From: Cyanophyceae cyanobacterium
GTDB taxonomy: Bacteria > Cyanobacteriota > Cyanobacteriia > Cyanobacteriales > JBHJGN01
Direction of reading: 5' to 3'
DNA: 64,000 nt
Assembly (NCBI GenBank): GCA_050331735.1
Contig: JBHJGN010000039.1
Coordinates: 39,624-103,623 of the forward strand
Numbering within the stretch: the stretch's first letter is position 1; each line of letters begins with the position of its first letter. This document shows, one piece after another, positions 18,778-29,920 of this stretch. The notes below the pieces were generated by a model. The model was given only the letters and a program-made list of their open reading frames with translations. It did no database searches and was not told the DNA's origin. The translations under genes were made by a program, and so were the position numbers.

Positions 18778-21700
18778 ATGAACTCAATTGCTGGCTACAG
18801 GCTGACTGAAGTGCTTCTGGAGAGTCCGACAACTCTTGTCTATCGTGCTTTCGGAGAGTCGCAGCCAACCACAGCAATTGTTAAAATTCTCAAGCCCGAT
18901 CGCTCGACAGCCCCACTTGCTCGCCTGCGACAGGAATATCAACTCCTGCAATCTTTAGCCATAGAAGGCGTGGTGCACCCCCTCGCTTTCGCAAGATATC
19001 AAAACAGTTGGGCCTTAATTTTATCAGATCCAGGAGGACAACCGCTGAAGCAGGCGATCGCCGCCTCGCTTTCCTTGGCCAGCTTTTTGCACATCGCGAT
19101 GCAGCTCACGGCAACGCTGGCGCAGCTTCATCAGCGCAATATTATTCATCAAAGTATTAACGCCCACACGATTTTATGCGATCGCCACCATCATCAGGTG
19201 GCAATGATTGATTTTAGTAGAGCATTACGCTCTCAAGATCGGGTTGTCAAACCTCCTGAGCCCCTCGAAGGTCTGGCTTATCTGTCTCCAGAACAAACCG
19301 GGAGAATGAATCGTGCGATTGACTATCGCACCGACTTTTATTCTTTGGGAATTACCTTTTATGAAATGCTCACTGGCCAGCTTCCTTTTCAAGCAAAGGA
19401 TGCTTTGGAACTGATTCACTGCCATCTGGCGCAAACCCCCGTCTCGCCCCACAAAATTAACGACCAGATTCCTCAAGTCGTTTCAGATATTGTCGTCAAG
19501 CTATTAGCTAAAACGGCTGAAGCAAGATATCAAAGCGCCCTCGGGTTAAAAGCCGACCTAGAAAACTGCCTACACCAACTGCAAACCAAGGGAAAAATCG
19601 AGAATCTTAAGATTGGTCAGCTCGATTTATCCAGTCAATTCAACATTGTTCAGAAGCTTTATGGACGCGAACCAGAAGTGGCTACCCTCCTCGCTGCCTT
19701 TGAGCGCGTTAGCCTGGGTGATTCTGAAATGCTGCTGGTCAGCGGTTATTCAGGCGTTGGCAAATCTTCTTTAGTTAATGAGGTCCGTCAATCTATCCTT
19801 CGCCAGCAGGGGTATTTTATTGCTGGCAAGTTTGACCAGTTCAAGCGCAACATTCCCTACTCCGCTATTATTCAAGCTTTTCAAGAACTAATCCGCAATC
19901 TCCTCACCCAAAGCCAGGAAAGCATAGCCGTATGGCAAGCCAAGTTATTAGGGGCTCTTGGGGCTAACGCTCAAGTAATTATTGATGTCATTCCAGAGCT
20001 AGAGCTGATTATCGGCTCTCAGCCCCCGGTTCCTCCCTTGGGACCAACGGAAAACCAAAATCGATTCAATCGTCTGTTTCAACAGTTTATTCGTCTGTTT
20101 TGCCGCCGAGAACAGCCACTGGTCCTGTTTTTAGATGATTTGCAGTGGGCCGATTCTGCTTCTCTCAAGCTCATTCAATTGTTAATCAGCGATCGTCGCC
20201 GTCACTTACTCATTTTAGGCGCGTATCGAGATAACGAAGTCAACGCCACCCATCCGCTGATGTTAACTTTGTCAGAGCTAAAAAATCCTCAGCATATTCA
20301 CCAGATAGTTCTTCAGCCATTGCAGGTCGAGCACGTTAATCAATTAATTAGCGAGACCCTCCACACTCCTCCTCAACAAACCCAACCGTTAGCTGAACTG
20401 CTGTTTGAAAAAACTCAGGGGAATCCCTTCTTCTTAACTCAGTTGCTTAAGTCCCTTCATCGAGAAAAGTTAACCTTCAATTTCAGTAAAGGTTGCTGGC
20501 AGTGGAATATTGAACAGCTTAAAACGATTAACATCACCGATAATGTCGTTGCTTTAATGATTGAGCGGCTGCAACAGTTATCTCTAAAGACGCAGCATCT
20601 TTTAAAGCTAGCCGCCTGTATTGGTAACAAATTTACCCTAGACATTTTAAGCGTCGTTTATCAGCAACCTTTGTTAGCTTCAGCAGAATTAGGGGAAGCT
20701 TTGCAGTCTGGCTTGATTGCTACCGTAGACGAAGCCTATAACCTGCTGGCGATTGGCGGTCCCCAAACGGAATTATTAGCGAGCCGAGTAACCTACAAAT
20801 TTTTACACGACCGAGTGCAGCAAGCAGCCTATTCTCTGATTGCCGATTCTCAGAAGAAAGCCACTCACCTAAAAATTGGGCAACTGTTGCTGACAAATAC
20901 GGCTCCTGAAGAACGAGCCGAAAACATATTTGCTTTAGTTAATCACCTCAATTACGGCATTGAGCTATTGAAGACTGACGCCGAAAAGCTGGAGCTAGCT
21001 GAGCTAAACCTGATCGCCGGACGGAAAGCCAAAGCAGCGACCGCCTATGAACCAGCGCTTCGCTACCTGAGCGTTGGGTTAGAGTGTTTGCCAGTCGATA
21101 GCTGGCAGCATCAGTACGAGTTGACCTTGGCACTTCACGAATCAGCCATTGAATCAGCCTACCTCAGCGGCAACTTTGAGCAAATGGAGCAATGGGCAGC
21201 GGTCATTCGGCAACAGGCTAAATCCCCGGTCGATCAGCTCAAAGTTTTTGAATTCAAAATTCAAGCCTGCATGGCGCAGGTCAAACAACGAGAAGCGGTC
21301 AAAATTGGGCTACAAGGATTGGAGTTGCTGGGCCTGAAGCTGCCAGAATCGCCCGCTCCTGCCGATATTGAGCAAGCTCTCAGCCAAACAGCAACTCATC
21401 TGGCGGGGAAAAATATTGCCGATTTAGTCGATTATCCCCCGATGACGGAGACAGATAAGCTCGCCGCCATGCAGATGCTCATTAATCTGGGGTCTCCAAC
21501 TTATCAAGCTGCCCCAGCCCTGTTTCCGCTGGTAATCTGCAAACAAGTCAATTTATCGCTGACCGATGGGAATTCCCCTTTTTCTGCCTATAGCTATGCC
21601 TGCTACGGCGTGATTCTCAATGGAATCGTCGAGGATAGTGAATCGGCTTATCAATTTGGTCAGTTAGCCCTCAGTTTAGTCGAACGGTTCAATGCCTTAG

Positions 21701-24696
21701 CGCTTCAGACCAGCGTATTCTTCGTAACGGGGGCGTGTACAATGCATGGCAAAGTGCATGCGCGGGAAACACTCCCCCTCCTCCAGGAGGGTTACTCCAG
21801 TGGCGTTAACAACGGTCACTTTGAATATGGGGGCTATGCCGCCATGCAGAAATGCCAGTATTCCTACTACATTGGTCAGGAACTGCCTAAGCTGAAGCGA
21901 GCAATAGCCACGACTAGTCAGGCTCTCGCTCAGCTCAAGCAAGAAAATGCCTGGAGCTGGAATCAGATCTTTCATCAGTCTGTGCTGAATCTGCTTCAGC
22001 CCGGTGAGGCTCCCTGCTGTTTACAAGGGGAAGCCTACAATGAAGCACAAGCACTACCGCTGCTGCAAGCAGCTAACGATCGCACCGGACTGCACTACTT
22101 TTACTTAAATAAACTCATCCTCTGTTATTTGTTTCAGGACTATCAACAGGCTTTAGCCAATGCCGCTCAAGCCGAGCAGTATTTGGATGGAGTGAAAGCA
22201 TTTCTGGCTGTTCCCGTATTTTATTTCTATGACTCGCTCGCTCAGCTAGCCTGCTATTCATCCGCCTCCCCGACGCATCAGGCAGACATCCTCAGCAAGG
22301 TGCAAACGAACCAGGAAAAAATGCACAGATGGGCGGTTCATGCTCCCATGAATTTTCAGCATAAGTACGAACTGATAGAAGCGGAAAGGGCACGGGTACT
22401 AGGACAATACTGGCAAGCAATGGAATCCTATGACCGCGCCATTGCTCTTGCTAAAGAGCAGGGCTATATCCAAGAAGAAGCCCTAGCCGCGGAACTAGCC
22501 GCCCAATTTTATATTTCCCTCGGCAAAGACCGGTTTGCCAAAGAGTATTTAAGTGAAGCCTATGATGGTTATGTCCGTTGGGGGGCAACGGCCAAAGTCC
22601 GACATTTAGAACGGTATTCCGATCCGTTGGCTGGGGTACGGCAGCGAGAGACTCAAACCCACCCTGCTCCGGCAAGCGGAAATCATTCCCAAGCCCTCGA
22701 CTTAGCCACCGTCATCAAAGCATCTCAGGTGCTTTCTAGCGAAATTGTTTTGCATAAACTGGTCACGAAGCTGATGCAGATCGTCCTCGAAAATGCGGGG
22801 GCGCAAGCGGGACTTTTGCTCCTCGAAAAGGGGGGACTGCAAATTGAAGCCTATGGTGCTGTTAGTGACGAGGGCATTGCCGTCGAGCCGCCTCGCGAAT
22901 CAGGCTCTAGCAACCAGCCTCCGTATCCAGCCACTGTTGTTAATTATGTGGCGAGAACCCACAAGGCAGTTGTGCTCAACGATGCCTCAAGAGAGGAGAC
23001 TTTTAACGATGACTATATCAGTTGCTATCGTCCCCAATCGATTTTGTGCTTGCCCATCTTGCATCAAGGGAAGCTGACGGGAATTCTGTATCTCGAAAAT
23101 AACTTGACGGTGGGAGCCTTTACGCCAGAGCGATTGGAAGTGTTGCAGTTACTTGCCTCTCAAGCGGCGATCGCCATTGAAAATGCTCGCCTCTATGCTT
23201 CCCAAGAAGAGGTCAATCTTACCTTAGAAGCGAAAGTCACCGAACGAACGCGGCAGCTTCAGGAGAAAAACCAGCATCTCCAGCAGGAGATCCGCGAACG
23301 GCAGCGGGCCGAAGCGGCAGCAGAGTCTGCTAACCGCGCCAAAAGCCAATTCTTAGCCAACATGAGTCACGAACTCCGCACCCCCCTCAACGGGATCTTA
23401 GGATATGCCCAAATTCTCCAGAAAGAACCGGTGACTGAGCGGCAACAGCATGGTTTGGGCGTCATTCACCGCTGTGGCGAACACCTGCTCACTCTGATCA
23501 ACGATGTCCTAGACCTGTCTAAAATCGAAGCCCAAAAAATGGAGCTGCATCTTAGTGATGTGCTCCTGCCCTACTTTTTACAAACGATTGTTGAAGTGTG
23601 CCGTATTCGGGCCCAACAAAAGGGCATTGAGCTAATTTACACTCCCCTAGCTTCGCTACCGACTGTGATTCGTGCCGATGAAAAACGGTTACGGCAGGTG
23701 TTGATGAACCTACTGAGCAATGCCATCAAGTTTACCGACACAGGCAGCGTCACCTTCACCGTAGACCCTCGCCAGGGACTGAGATTTGCGGTCCAAGATA
23801 CGGGCATTGGCATTGCTGCCGACCAACGAGAGGCCATTTTTGAGCCCTTTCAGCAAGTCGGGGAACGCAGCCACCAAACAGAAGGAACGGGATTAGGACT
23901 CGCCATTAGCCGTCAACTCGTGCATCTAATGGGCGGCGAACTCCAGGTCAATAGCATTCTCGGGCAAGGCAGCGTCTTCGAGTTTGCGCTTGAGCTAACC
24001 GCAGTTAAGCAGGGGCACGAGCAGCTCACCCCGATCCAGAAGATTACGGGCTTCCAGGGACCGAAAAAAATCCTGGTGATCGATGACCAGTGGGCCAATC
24101 GCTCTGTTTTGGTTCATCTGCTGGAGCCTTTGGGGTTTGAGATGGCTGAAGCCGTTAACGGCTTGGAGGGGGTGGCTAAGGCCCGGGAGTTTCGCCCTGA
24201 GCTGATTTTGATAGATTTAATCATGCCAGAGATGGATGGCTTTGAAACCACTCAGCAGTTAAGAAAGATTCCAGAACTAGCAGGGGTGGTCATTATTGCC
24301 ATTTCAGCAAGCGTATTCGATGGCGATCGCGAGCACAGTCTCCAGGTCGGCTGCAATGATTTTCTCCCCAAACCATTGCGGGAAGAGGCTCTGCTCGAAA
24401 AACTCCAGCTCCATCTCGGACTAGAATGGATCTACGCAGAGGACCGGGCTACCGAGATTAGACTTGCTGCTGATGCCCCGCTGATCGTTCCTCCCGCCGA
24501 GGAAATTGCGGCTCTACTCGATTTAGCGATGAGAGGCGACCTCAGAGGCATGATCGCGCGAGTCGATCGACTCGAGGAGCACGAGCGGCACTGGGAGCCG
24601 TTCGCAGCTCATCTGCGTCAGCTAGCTAAAGAGTTTAAGGGCAAACAAATTCGAGAATTGTTGAAACGATCTCTAAGAGGCAGTGATGAGGGTTGA
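18778..24696 (+). CDS. Ser/Thr-kinase-like + AAA ATPase + GAF + histidine kinase + receiver hybrid sensor
   Basis: YLSPEQTGRMN; Walker A GYSGVGKS; LDDLQWAD; GAF YLENN; H-box MSHELRTPL; NAIKFT; GTGLGL; C-terminal REC. Confidence 0.95.
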   Translation: MNSIAGYRLTEVLLESPTTLVYRAFGESQPTTAIVKILKPDRSTAPLARLRQEYQLLQSLAIEGVVHPLAFARYQNSWALILSDPGGQPLKQAIAASLSLASFLHIAMQLTATLAQLHQRNIIHQSINAHTILCDRHHHQVAMIDFSRALRSQDRVVKPPEPLEGLAYLSPEQTGRMNRAIDYRTDFYSLGITFYEMLTGQLPFQAKDALELIHCHLAQTPVSPHKINDQIPQVVSDIVVKLLAKTAEARYQSALGLKADLENCLHQLQTKGKIENLKIGQLDLSSQFNIVQKLYGREPEVATLLAAFERVSLGDSEMLLVSGYSGVGKSSLVNEVRQSILRQQGYFIAGKFDQFKRNIPYSAIIQAFQELIRNLLTQSQESIAVWQAKLLGALGANAQVIIDVIPELELIIGSQPPVPPLGPTENQNRFNRLFQQFIRLFCRREQPLVLFLDDLQWADSASLKLIQLLISDRRRHLLILGAYRDNEVNATHPLMLTLSELKNPQHIHQIVLQPLQVEHVNQLISETLHTPPQQTQPLAELLFEKTQGNPFFLTQLLKSLHREKLTFNFSKGCWQWNIEQLKTINITDNVVALMIERLQQLSLKTQHLLKLAACIGNKFTLDILSVVYQQPLLASAELGEALQSGLIATVDEAYNLLAIGGPQTELLASRVTYKFLHDRVQQAAYSLIADSQKKATHLKIGQLLLTNTAPEERAENIFALVNHLNYGIELLKTDAEKLELAELNLIAGRKAKAATAYEPALRYLSVGLECLPVDSWQHQYELTLALHESAIESAYLSGNFEQMEQWAAVIRQQAKSPVDQLKVFEFKIQACMAQVKQREAVKIGLQGLELLGLKLPESPAPADIEQALSQTATHLAGKNIADLVDYPPMTETDKLAAMQMLINLGSPTYQAAPALFPLVICKQVNLSLTDGNSPFSAYSYACYGVILNGIVEDSESAYQFGQLALSLVERFNALALQTSVFFVTGACTMHGKVHARETLPLLQEGYSSGVNNGHFEYGGYAAMQKCQYSYYIGQELPKLKRAIATTSQALAQLKQENAWSWNQIFHQSVLNLLQPGEAPCCLQGEAYNEAQALPLLQAANDRTGLHYFYLNKLILCYLFQDYQQALANAAQAEQYLDGVKAFLAVPVFYFYDSLAQLACYSSASPTHQADILSKVQTNQEKMHRWAVHAPMNFQHKYELIEAERARVLGQYWQAMESYDRAIALAKEQGYIQEEALAAELAAQFYISLGKDRFAKEYLSEAYDGYVRWGATAKVRHLERYSDPLAGVRQRETQTHPAPASGNHSQALDLATVIKASQVLSSEIVLHKLVTKLMQIVLENAGAQAGLLLLEKGGLQIEAYGAVSDEGIAVEPPRESGSSNQPPYPATVVNYVARTHKAVVLNDASREETFNDDYISCYRPQSILCLPILHQGKLTGILYLENNLTVGAFTPERLEVLQLLASQAAIAIENARLYASQEEVNLTLEAKVTERTRQLQEKNQHLQQEIRERQRAEAAAESANRAKSQFLANMSHELRTPLNGILGYAQILQKEPVTERQQHGLGVIHRCGEHLLTLINDVLDLSKIEAQKMELHLSDVLLPYFLQTIVEVCRIRAQQKGIELIYTPLASLPTVIRADEKRLRQVLMNLLSNAIKFTDTGSVTFTVDPRQGLRFAVQDTGIGIAADQREAIFEPFQQVGERSHQTEGTGLGLAISRQLVHLMGGELQVNSILGQGSVFEFALELTAVKQGHEQLTPIQKITGFQGPKKILVIDDQWANRSVLVHLLEPLGFEMAEAVNGLEGVAKAREFRPELILIDLIMPEMDGFETTQQLRKIPELAGVVIIAISASVFDGDREHSLQVGCNDFLPKPLREEALLEKLQLHLGLEWIYAEDRATEIRLAADAPLIVPPAEEIAALLDLAMRGDLRGMIARVDRLEEHERHWEPFAAHLRQLAKEFKGKQIRELLKRSLRGSDEG

Positions 24697-27022
24697 TACT
24701 CCTGACAAAAACGTGATTCTAATCGTTGATGACACTCCCACTAACTTAGAAATGCTGCTCGATTTTTTGGAACATTCTGGCTTTAAAGTGGTGGTGTCAG
24801 AAGAAGGAGAAAGCGCCATCGAACTGGCAGAATATGCCCCACCGGATCTGATTCTGTTAGACATTCTCATGCCGGGAATCGACGGGTTTGAAACGTGCCG
24901 TCGCTTGAAAAGGCGGCCAGCCACGCAGGATATTCCAATTATTTTTATGACGGCGTTAAGCGATCGCCTCAATAGAGTGAAAGGGTTAAATCTGGGGGCA
25001 GTAGACTACATTACCAAGCCGTTAGAGCATGAAGAGGTGTTAGCCCGCGTGAACATTCATCTCCGGCTTCAGAACCTTACGAAAAAACTCAGCCAGCAAA
25101 ATGCCCATCTCCAGCAGGAGATCGAGCGCCGCCAACAGGCCCAATCTGAAAGAGAACACGCTTTTCGAGCACTACAGCAGAGTGAAGCGCGGTTCAGACA
25201 GCTCGTCGAATCCAACGTCATTGGCATTATCTGCTCAGAGCTAAACGGTCAGATTACCGAAGCCAACGATGCCTTTCTTAAGCTGGTGGGCTACGACCGC
25301 GCTGCCCTAGAAAGCGGAGCGCTGCGGTGGGAGGCGATGACTCCTTCTAGCTACCGCCCGCTGGAGCAAGCGGCGCTCTCTCAACTGCGCCACTCAGGAA
25401 TTTGTAACCCCTTTGAAAAAGAATTGATCGGCCAAGACGGCAGCCGCGTTCCCGTGATGATTGGGGGAGTTCTCCTCGACGGAACCCAAGACGTCATCAG
25501 CTTTGTCCTCGATCTCAGAGAGCATAAGCAGGCCCAGCAGAAGATCTTTGAGCAAGCCGCCCTGCTCAATATTGCCACCGATGCCATTATCGTGCGAGAG
25601 CTGAACGGAACCATCCGGTTTTGGAACCGCGGAGCCGAACGGCTGTACGGCTGGCAAGCGGGGGAGGCGCTCGGCCAGAACGCCGATGAGCTGCTGTATC
25701 GAGACCCCCTCCCCGATATTCAGACTCGTCTGGCCGCCGCTGGTTCCTGGCAGGGCGAACTCCATCAGGTGACTAAATCAGGAAAAGCGATTACGGTTTC
25801 TAGCCGCTGGACCCTGGTGCGCGACGACCAAGGGCAACCCACTGCAATCCTCGTTGTCAACACCGACATTACCGAAAAGAAACAGCTTGAGGCGCAGTTT
25901 TTTCGCGCTCAGCGTCTCGAGAGTCTCGGGACTCTCGCCAGCGGCATTGCCCACGATTTCAACAATATCCTTACCCCAATGCTGGCCGTGGCTCAACTGC
26001 TGCCGTTAAAGCTGACCAACCTAGACCACCAGAGTCAGGAACTGCTGAACATTCTAGAAAGCAGCGCGAGGCGGGGAGCGGCGTTGGTTAAGCAGATTCT
26101 CTCCTTTGCCCGCGAAGACGAAGGCAAAAAACATTGCGTTCAGGTCAGACACCTGCTGTCGGAAGTGGGGCAAATTGCCCAACAGACCTTTCCCAAATCC
26201 ATTGAAGTCGTTCAAGAGATAGCGACCAAAGAGCTGTGGACCGTCTGGGCTGATGCCACGCAACTGCATCAGGTGTTGATGAATCTCTGCGTTAATGCTC
26301 GCGATGCCATGCCCGCCGGCGGAACGCTGACGATTGCGGCGGACAATATCTTTATTAACGAAGACGATGCCTCCAGCGATCTCGATGCTCGCGTCGGTCC
26401 CTATCTTGTTATTAGCATCATCGATACCGGAACGGGCATTCGCCCCGAAATTTTAGAGAGAATCTTTGAGCCATTTTTTACCACCAAAGAGCTCGGGCAG
26501 GGAACCGGACTCGGTCTATCTACGGTGCTGGGGATTGTCAAAAGTCACGGTGGCTTCCTCAAAGTGTCTAGCGAACTCGGACGCACCGAGTTCAAGCTCT
26601 ATTTACCAGCCAGCGAAGGCCCCCAAACGCAGCCAGCAGAAGACCTCGACTTGCTTAGAGGACAGGGGGAGTTAGTGCTGGTTGTCGATGACGAACGGGC
26701 CATTCGGGAAACGACTCAAACCGTGTTGGAAAGATATGGCTATAGCGTCATGACCGCGCCGAATGGCCGGGAGGCGATCGCCCTCTATGCTCAGCACCCC
26801 CACATCGCGGTGGTGTTGATGGATATGATGATGCCAGCAATGGATGGCTTAACCACCATCCGCGCCCTACACAACATCAATCCGCAGCTCAAGATTATTT
26901 CTACCAGTGGCTTAGCCGCCAACAAAAAGGCCGCTGAAGCAGCAGGCGTGTCTATCAATGCTTTTTTACCAAAGCCCTACACGGCTAAGGAATTGTTAGA
27001 TAGCCTGAGAAAGCAGCTCTGA
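24686..27022 (+). CDS. Hybrid histidine kinase REC-PAS-PAS-HisKA-HATPase-REC
   Basis: LLDILMP; two PAS; GIAHDFNN; NARDAM; FFTTK GTGLGL; LMDMMMP; overlaps the upstream stop. Confidence 0.95.
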   Translation: MRVDTPDKNVILIVDDTPTNLEMLLDFLEHSGFKVVVSEEGESAIELAEYAPPDLILLDILMPGIDGFETCRRLKRRPATQDIPIIFMTALSDRLNRVKGLNLGAVDYITKPLEHEEVLARVNIHLRLQNLTKKLSQQNAHLQQEIERRQQAQSEREHAFRALQQSEARFRQLVESNVIGIICSELNGQITEANDAFLKLVGYDRAALESGALRWEAMTPSSYRPLEQAALSQLRHSGICNPFEKELIGQDGSRVPVMIGGVLLDGTQDVISFVLDLREHKQAQQKIFEQAALLNIATDAIIVRELNGTIRFWNRGAERLYGWQAGEALGQNADELLYRDPLPDIQTRLAAAGSWQGELHQVTKSGKAITVSSRWTLVRDDQGQPTAILVVNTDITEKKQLEAQFFRAQRLESLGTLASGIAHDFNNILTPMLAVAQLLPLKLTNLDHQSQELLNILESSARRGAALVKQILSFAREDEGKKHCVQVRHLLSEVGQIAQQTFPKSIEVVQEIATKELWTVWADATQLHQVLMNLCVNARDAMPAGGTLTIAADNIFINEDDASSDLDARVGPYLVISIIDTGTGIRPEILERIFEPFFTTKELGQGTGLGLSTVLGIVKSHGGFLKVSSELGRTEFKLYLPASEGPQTQPAEDLDLLRGQGELVLVVDDERAIRETTQTVLERYGYSVMTAPNGREAIALYAQHPHIAVVLMDMMMPAMDGLTTIRALHNINPQLKIISTSGLAANKKAAEAAGVSINAFLPKPYTAKELLDSLRKQL

Positions 27023-27123
27023 GCGCGAGGTTAAGGCCAAAGACAGACGGTCGTTTTTGCCTTTTAAACTGGAAGGATTGTTGTAAGGTAAATATGGGTC
27101 AGAGCGAGCACTAGGAGTAGTCG

Positions 27124-28944
27124 ATGAGAATTTTGTTAGTAGATGACGACAAACTGCTCATGAACGCTCTGGCTGAACGGCTGATGAAAGAGCACTATGT
27201 CGTAGATGTGGTCACGACAGGAGAAGAGGCGTGGAATTATCTGGCTGTTTTGACCTACGATCTGGCCGTGCTAGACGTGATGCTGCCGGATGAGAATGGC
27301 GTGAACCTGTGCCAGCGACTGCGGGCCCAGGGCTATAACCTACCGATTCTGTTGTTAACGGCTCGCCGCACTCGCGAAGAAATTGTTCAAGGACTCAACG
27401 CCGGGGCTGATGATTATGTGGTGAAGCCCTTCGATTTTAACGAACTGGCCGCCCGCATCCGCGCCCTGCTGCGGCGAGAACGCCAGGCGCTCCCGCCGAT
27501 CCTCGCCTGGGGCGAGCTGAGGCTTGACACCAATACCTGTGAGGCTACCTACGCGCAGCAGCCTCTGTCGTTAACGCCGAAGGAGTACGAACTGCTGGAA
27601 CTCTTTTTACGCCATCCTACGCGCGTTTACAATCCCGATACCATCATCGAAAGTCTTTGGTCGCTGGAAAATCCCCCGGGGGAGGAGGCGGTCAGAACCC
27701 ATATCAAAGGAGTGCGCCACAAGCTCAAACAGGTGGGCGCGCCCCGGGATCTGATTAAAACAGTGTACGGCATTGGCTATCGGTTAAAGCCAGAAGACCA
27801 ATCGGCCTCAACCGCTGCCTCAGAAGCGCGGGCTTCAGCCAGCCAAAATGCTAAAACCTTAGCCGCGGTTGCTCGCACCTGGGAACAGTTTAAGGGAGCC
27901 ATGACAGAGAGACTGAATATTTTAGAGCAGGCAGCCCAATCCCTGGCCCACGACCGTTTGAGCCGTAACCTTCACGAGCAAGCGATCGCCGCCGCCCATA
28001 AACTCGCTGGTTCCCTGGGCAGCTTTGGCTTTCCCGAAGGGTCCACGCTAGCTAGAGAGCTCGAGGAGATGCTGCGTACTGATGTCTCTTCCCGGCAAGC
28101 ATCGCAAGTGGGCGAAACGGTTAAGGCCCTAGAGCGCGTTCTGGAGCGCCGACCTTTCGAGATCCCCCCTCATCACCCCCTGCTGCTGATTGTGAACGAC
28201 GATGCGGCGAGCGCTCACCAGTGGGCCGCGCAAGCCGCCGAAGCCGGTCTGCGCAGCGCCATTGCCTCCTCAACCCAGGCTCAGGATTTAATCCGGCGGG
28301 AGCGTCCGGCGGCGGTTTTGCTTCAGCTTGCTAGCGCCCCGGTTCCCCCAGCCCCAGGGTCTTCTGCTTCAGAAGAACTAGCGCTCCTCGCCCACCTGCA
28401 CCATCAGCTACCCAGATTACCCATTGTTGTGGTGACCGAGGAAGAAGATGCTGCTAAACGCTTAGAAATCGTTCGTCAAGGAGCGCGCATCTTGTTGACT
28501 CCCCCCGTCACCCCAGTCGGAGCGGTCCAAGCCGTCACTAGTGTGTTAAAACGCTCTGGGGCTGGTGCAAAGGTAATGATTGTTGATGACGACGAGCAGA
28601 TTTTGGCGGGACTCCAGGCGGCTTTGGCTCCCTGGGGATTTCAACTCACGACCCTCGCCAATCCCCAGCGGTTTTGGGAGGTGCTGGCAGAGACGGCTCC
28701 AGATTTACTGGTGCTAGACGTAGAAATGCCGGAGGTAAATGGTATCGAGCTGTGCCAGGTTCTGAGAAGCGAGCCGCGCTGGAGCCGCTTGCCGGTGCTA
28801 TTTTTGACCGTTCACCAGGATGCTGCCACTCAATATCAGGCGTTTGCCATCGGGGCTGATGATTACGTCACCAAACCAGTCATGGGCGTGGAGTTAGCCA
28901 ACCGCATCCTCAATCGCCTGGAGCGATCGCGCCTGCTTGCCTAG
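27124..28944 (+). CDS. RcaC-like response regulator (REC-OmpR wHTH-Hpt-pseudoREC-REC)
   Basis: VLDVMLP; LTPKEYELL...VRTHIKGVRHKL...IKTVYGIGYRL; Hpt AAHKLAGSLG; C-terminal VLDVEMP. Confidence 0.92.
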   Translation: MRILLVDDDKLLMNALAERLMKEHYVVDVVTTGEEAWNYLAVLTYDLAVLDVMLPDENGVNLCQRLRAQGYNLPILLLTARRTREEIVQGLNAGADDYVVKPFDFNELAARIRALLRRERQALPPILAWGELRLDTNTCEATYAQQPLSLTPKEYELLELFLRHPTRVYNPDTIIESLWSLENPPGEEAVRTHIKGVRHKLKQVGAPRDLIKTVYGIGYRLKPEDQSASTAASEARASASQNAKTLAAVARTWEQFKGAMTERLNILEQAAQSLAHDRLSRNLHEQAIAAAHKLAGSLGSFGFPEGSTLARELEEMLRTDVSSRQASQVGETVKALERVLERRPFEIPPHHPLLLIVNDDAASAHQWAAQAAEAGLRSAIASSTQAQDLIRRERPAAVLLQLASAPVPPAPGSSASEELALLAHLHHQLPRLPIVVVTEEEDAAKRLEIVRQGARILLTPPVTPVGAVQAVTSVLKRSGAGAKVMIVDDDEQILAGLQAALAPWGFQLTTLANPQRFWEVLAETAPDLLVLDVEMPEVNGIELCQVLRSEPRWSRLPVLFLTVHQDAATQYQAFAIGADDYVTKPVMGVELANRILNRLERSRLLA

Positions 28945-28959
28945 TCCCGGCTTTGCCCC

Positions 28960-29352
28960 CTAGGCTAAGTGCTGCGGACAGTAACCCAGTCCCCGAATAA
29001 ATTGTTGCCGAAACGCTTCAATATCCGCTCGCCCCGGCAAACCGTGGGAAATCACCACAACCCGATAGCGCCTCATGACCAGAGTCGGGCAGTCTCCCAC
29101 TTCTAAATCTCTTAGCACCAGCCGCACCTGTTCAGAGGGCTGAGCCGGAAAGCCCAGTTCATTCAAAAACGCCCAAAAGTCTCCGTCTTGCTCGAGCGGC
29201 AAGGGAAAGCGCAGCTTGATTCTCACCAGCCAGCGGTCAACGTCGTGAATAACGCTCATAAAGGCAACCGGAAGGTCCGGGCGGCTTTCTAAATACTCGA
29301 TCAGCCTCAGGGTGAGGCTGGCATTGGCGAAGCAATGTAGGTAGTCCATCAT
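28960..29352 (-). CDS. Conserved cyanobacterial hypothetical protein
   Basis: ANASLTLR...GDF.AFLNELG...VMRRY.V..SHG...IEAFRQQF.RGLGYCP, a pattern I recall from cyanobacteria; GAGGAG RBS. Confidence 0.85.
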   Translation of the reverse strand: MMDYLHCFANASLTLRLIEYLESRPDLPVAFMSVIHDVDRWLVRIKLRFPLPLEQDGDFWAFLNELGFPAQPSEQVRLVLRDLEVGDCPTLVMRRYRVVVISHGLPGRADIEAFRQQFIRGLGYCPQHLA

Positions 29353-29664
29353 TTAAGCTCCTCGAACTTGAAGCAATTCCTCCTCAGTAGACGTTGAAAG
29401 GTCCAGCCGATGGCGGTAACCGCGTTCGTCTCCTGGCTATCTGCGTCTCACTCGATTAACAGTAGCCTTCTTAGAAAATCGAGAAGAAGCGGTGTCGGTC
29501 GGTAGAGGCGATCGCCAGCAGCCCACAGATGTATGGTCAAGGATAGTCATGGGAATAGCTCTTCCAAAACACTAGCAGATAACAACTGAAACAACCGCTG
29601 CTCGGCGAGAGTCAATCCAGCTCGCCTACACTCCGACTAGCTACTTTAAGCGAGCTCAATTAAA

Positions 29665-29699
29665 ACAATACTCAAGGAATTTGAGGATCTTGTGAGGAC
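29665..29699 (-). promoter_or_regulatory. L-box-like direct repeat + -10 (site B), towards 29352
   Basis: Minus strand GTCCTCA-CAAG-ATCCTCA, 11 nt, TATTGT. Confidence 0.75.
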
Positions 29700-29920
29700 G
29701 ACTGATTGAGTCGGTTGATTGGGAAAATAGTCTATGGTTGAGGAGGGAACACCCCCGGTTCGGTTGCTCCCCTTGTCACTCGATTTAATAAAATTGGGAT
29801 AGCTGCGTCAGCTCGCGTTGTCAAGATTTGCGCTCAAAACCTCGCCGACGGCTAACCCTCAGTTCTGAGCCTCAGACGATCGACCTTTAAAGCCAGCAAA
29901 CCTTTCTTGCAGGAGTCCCC

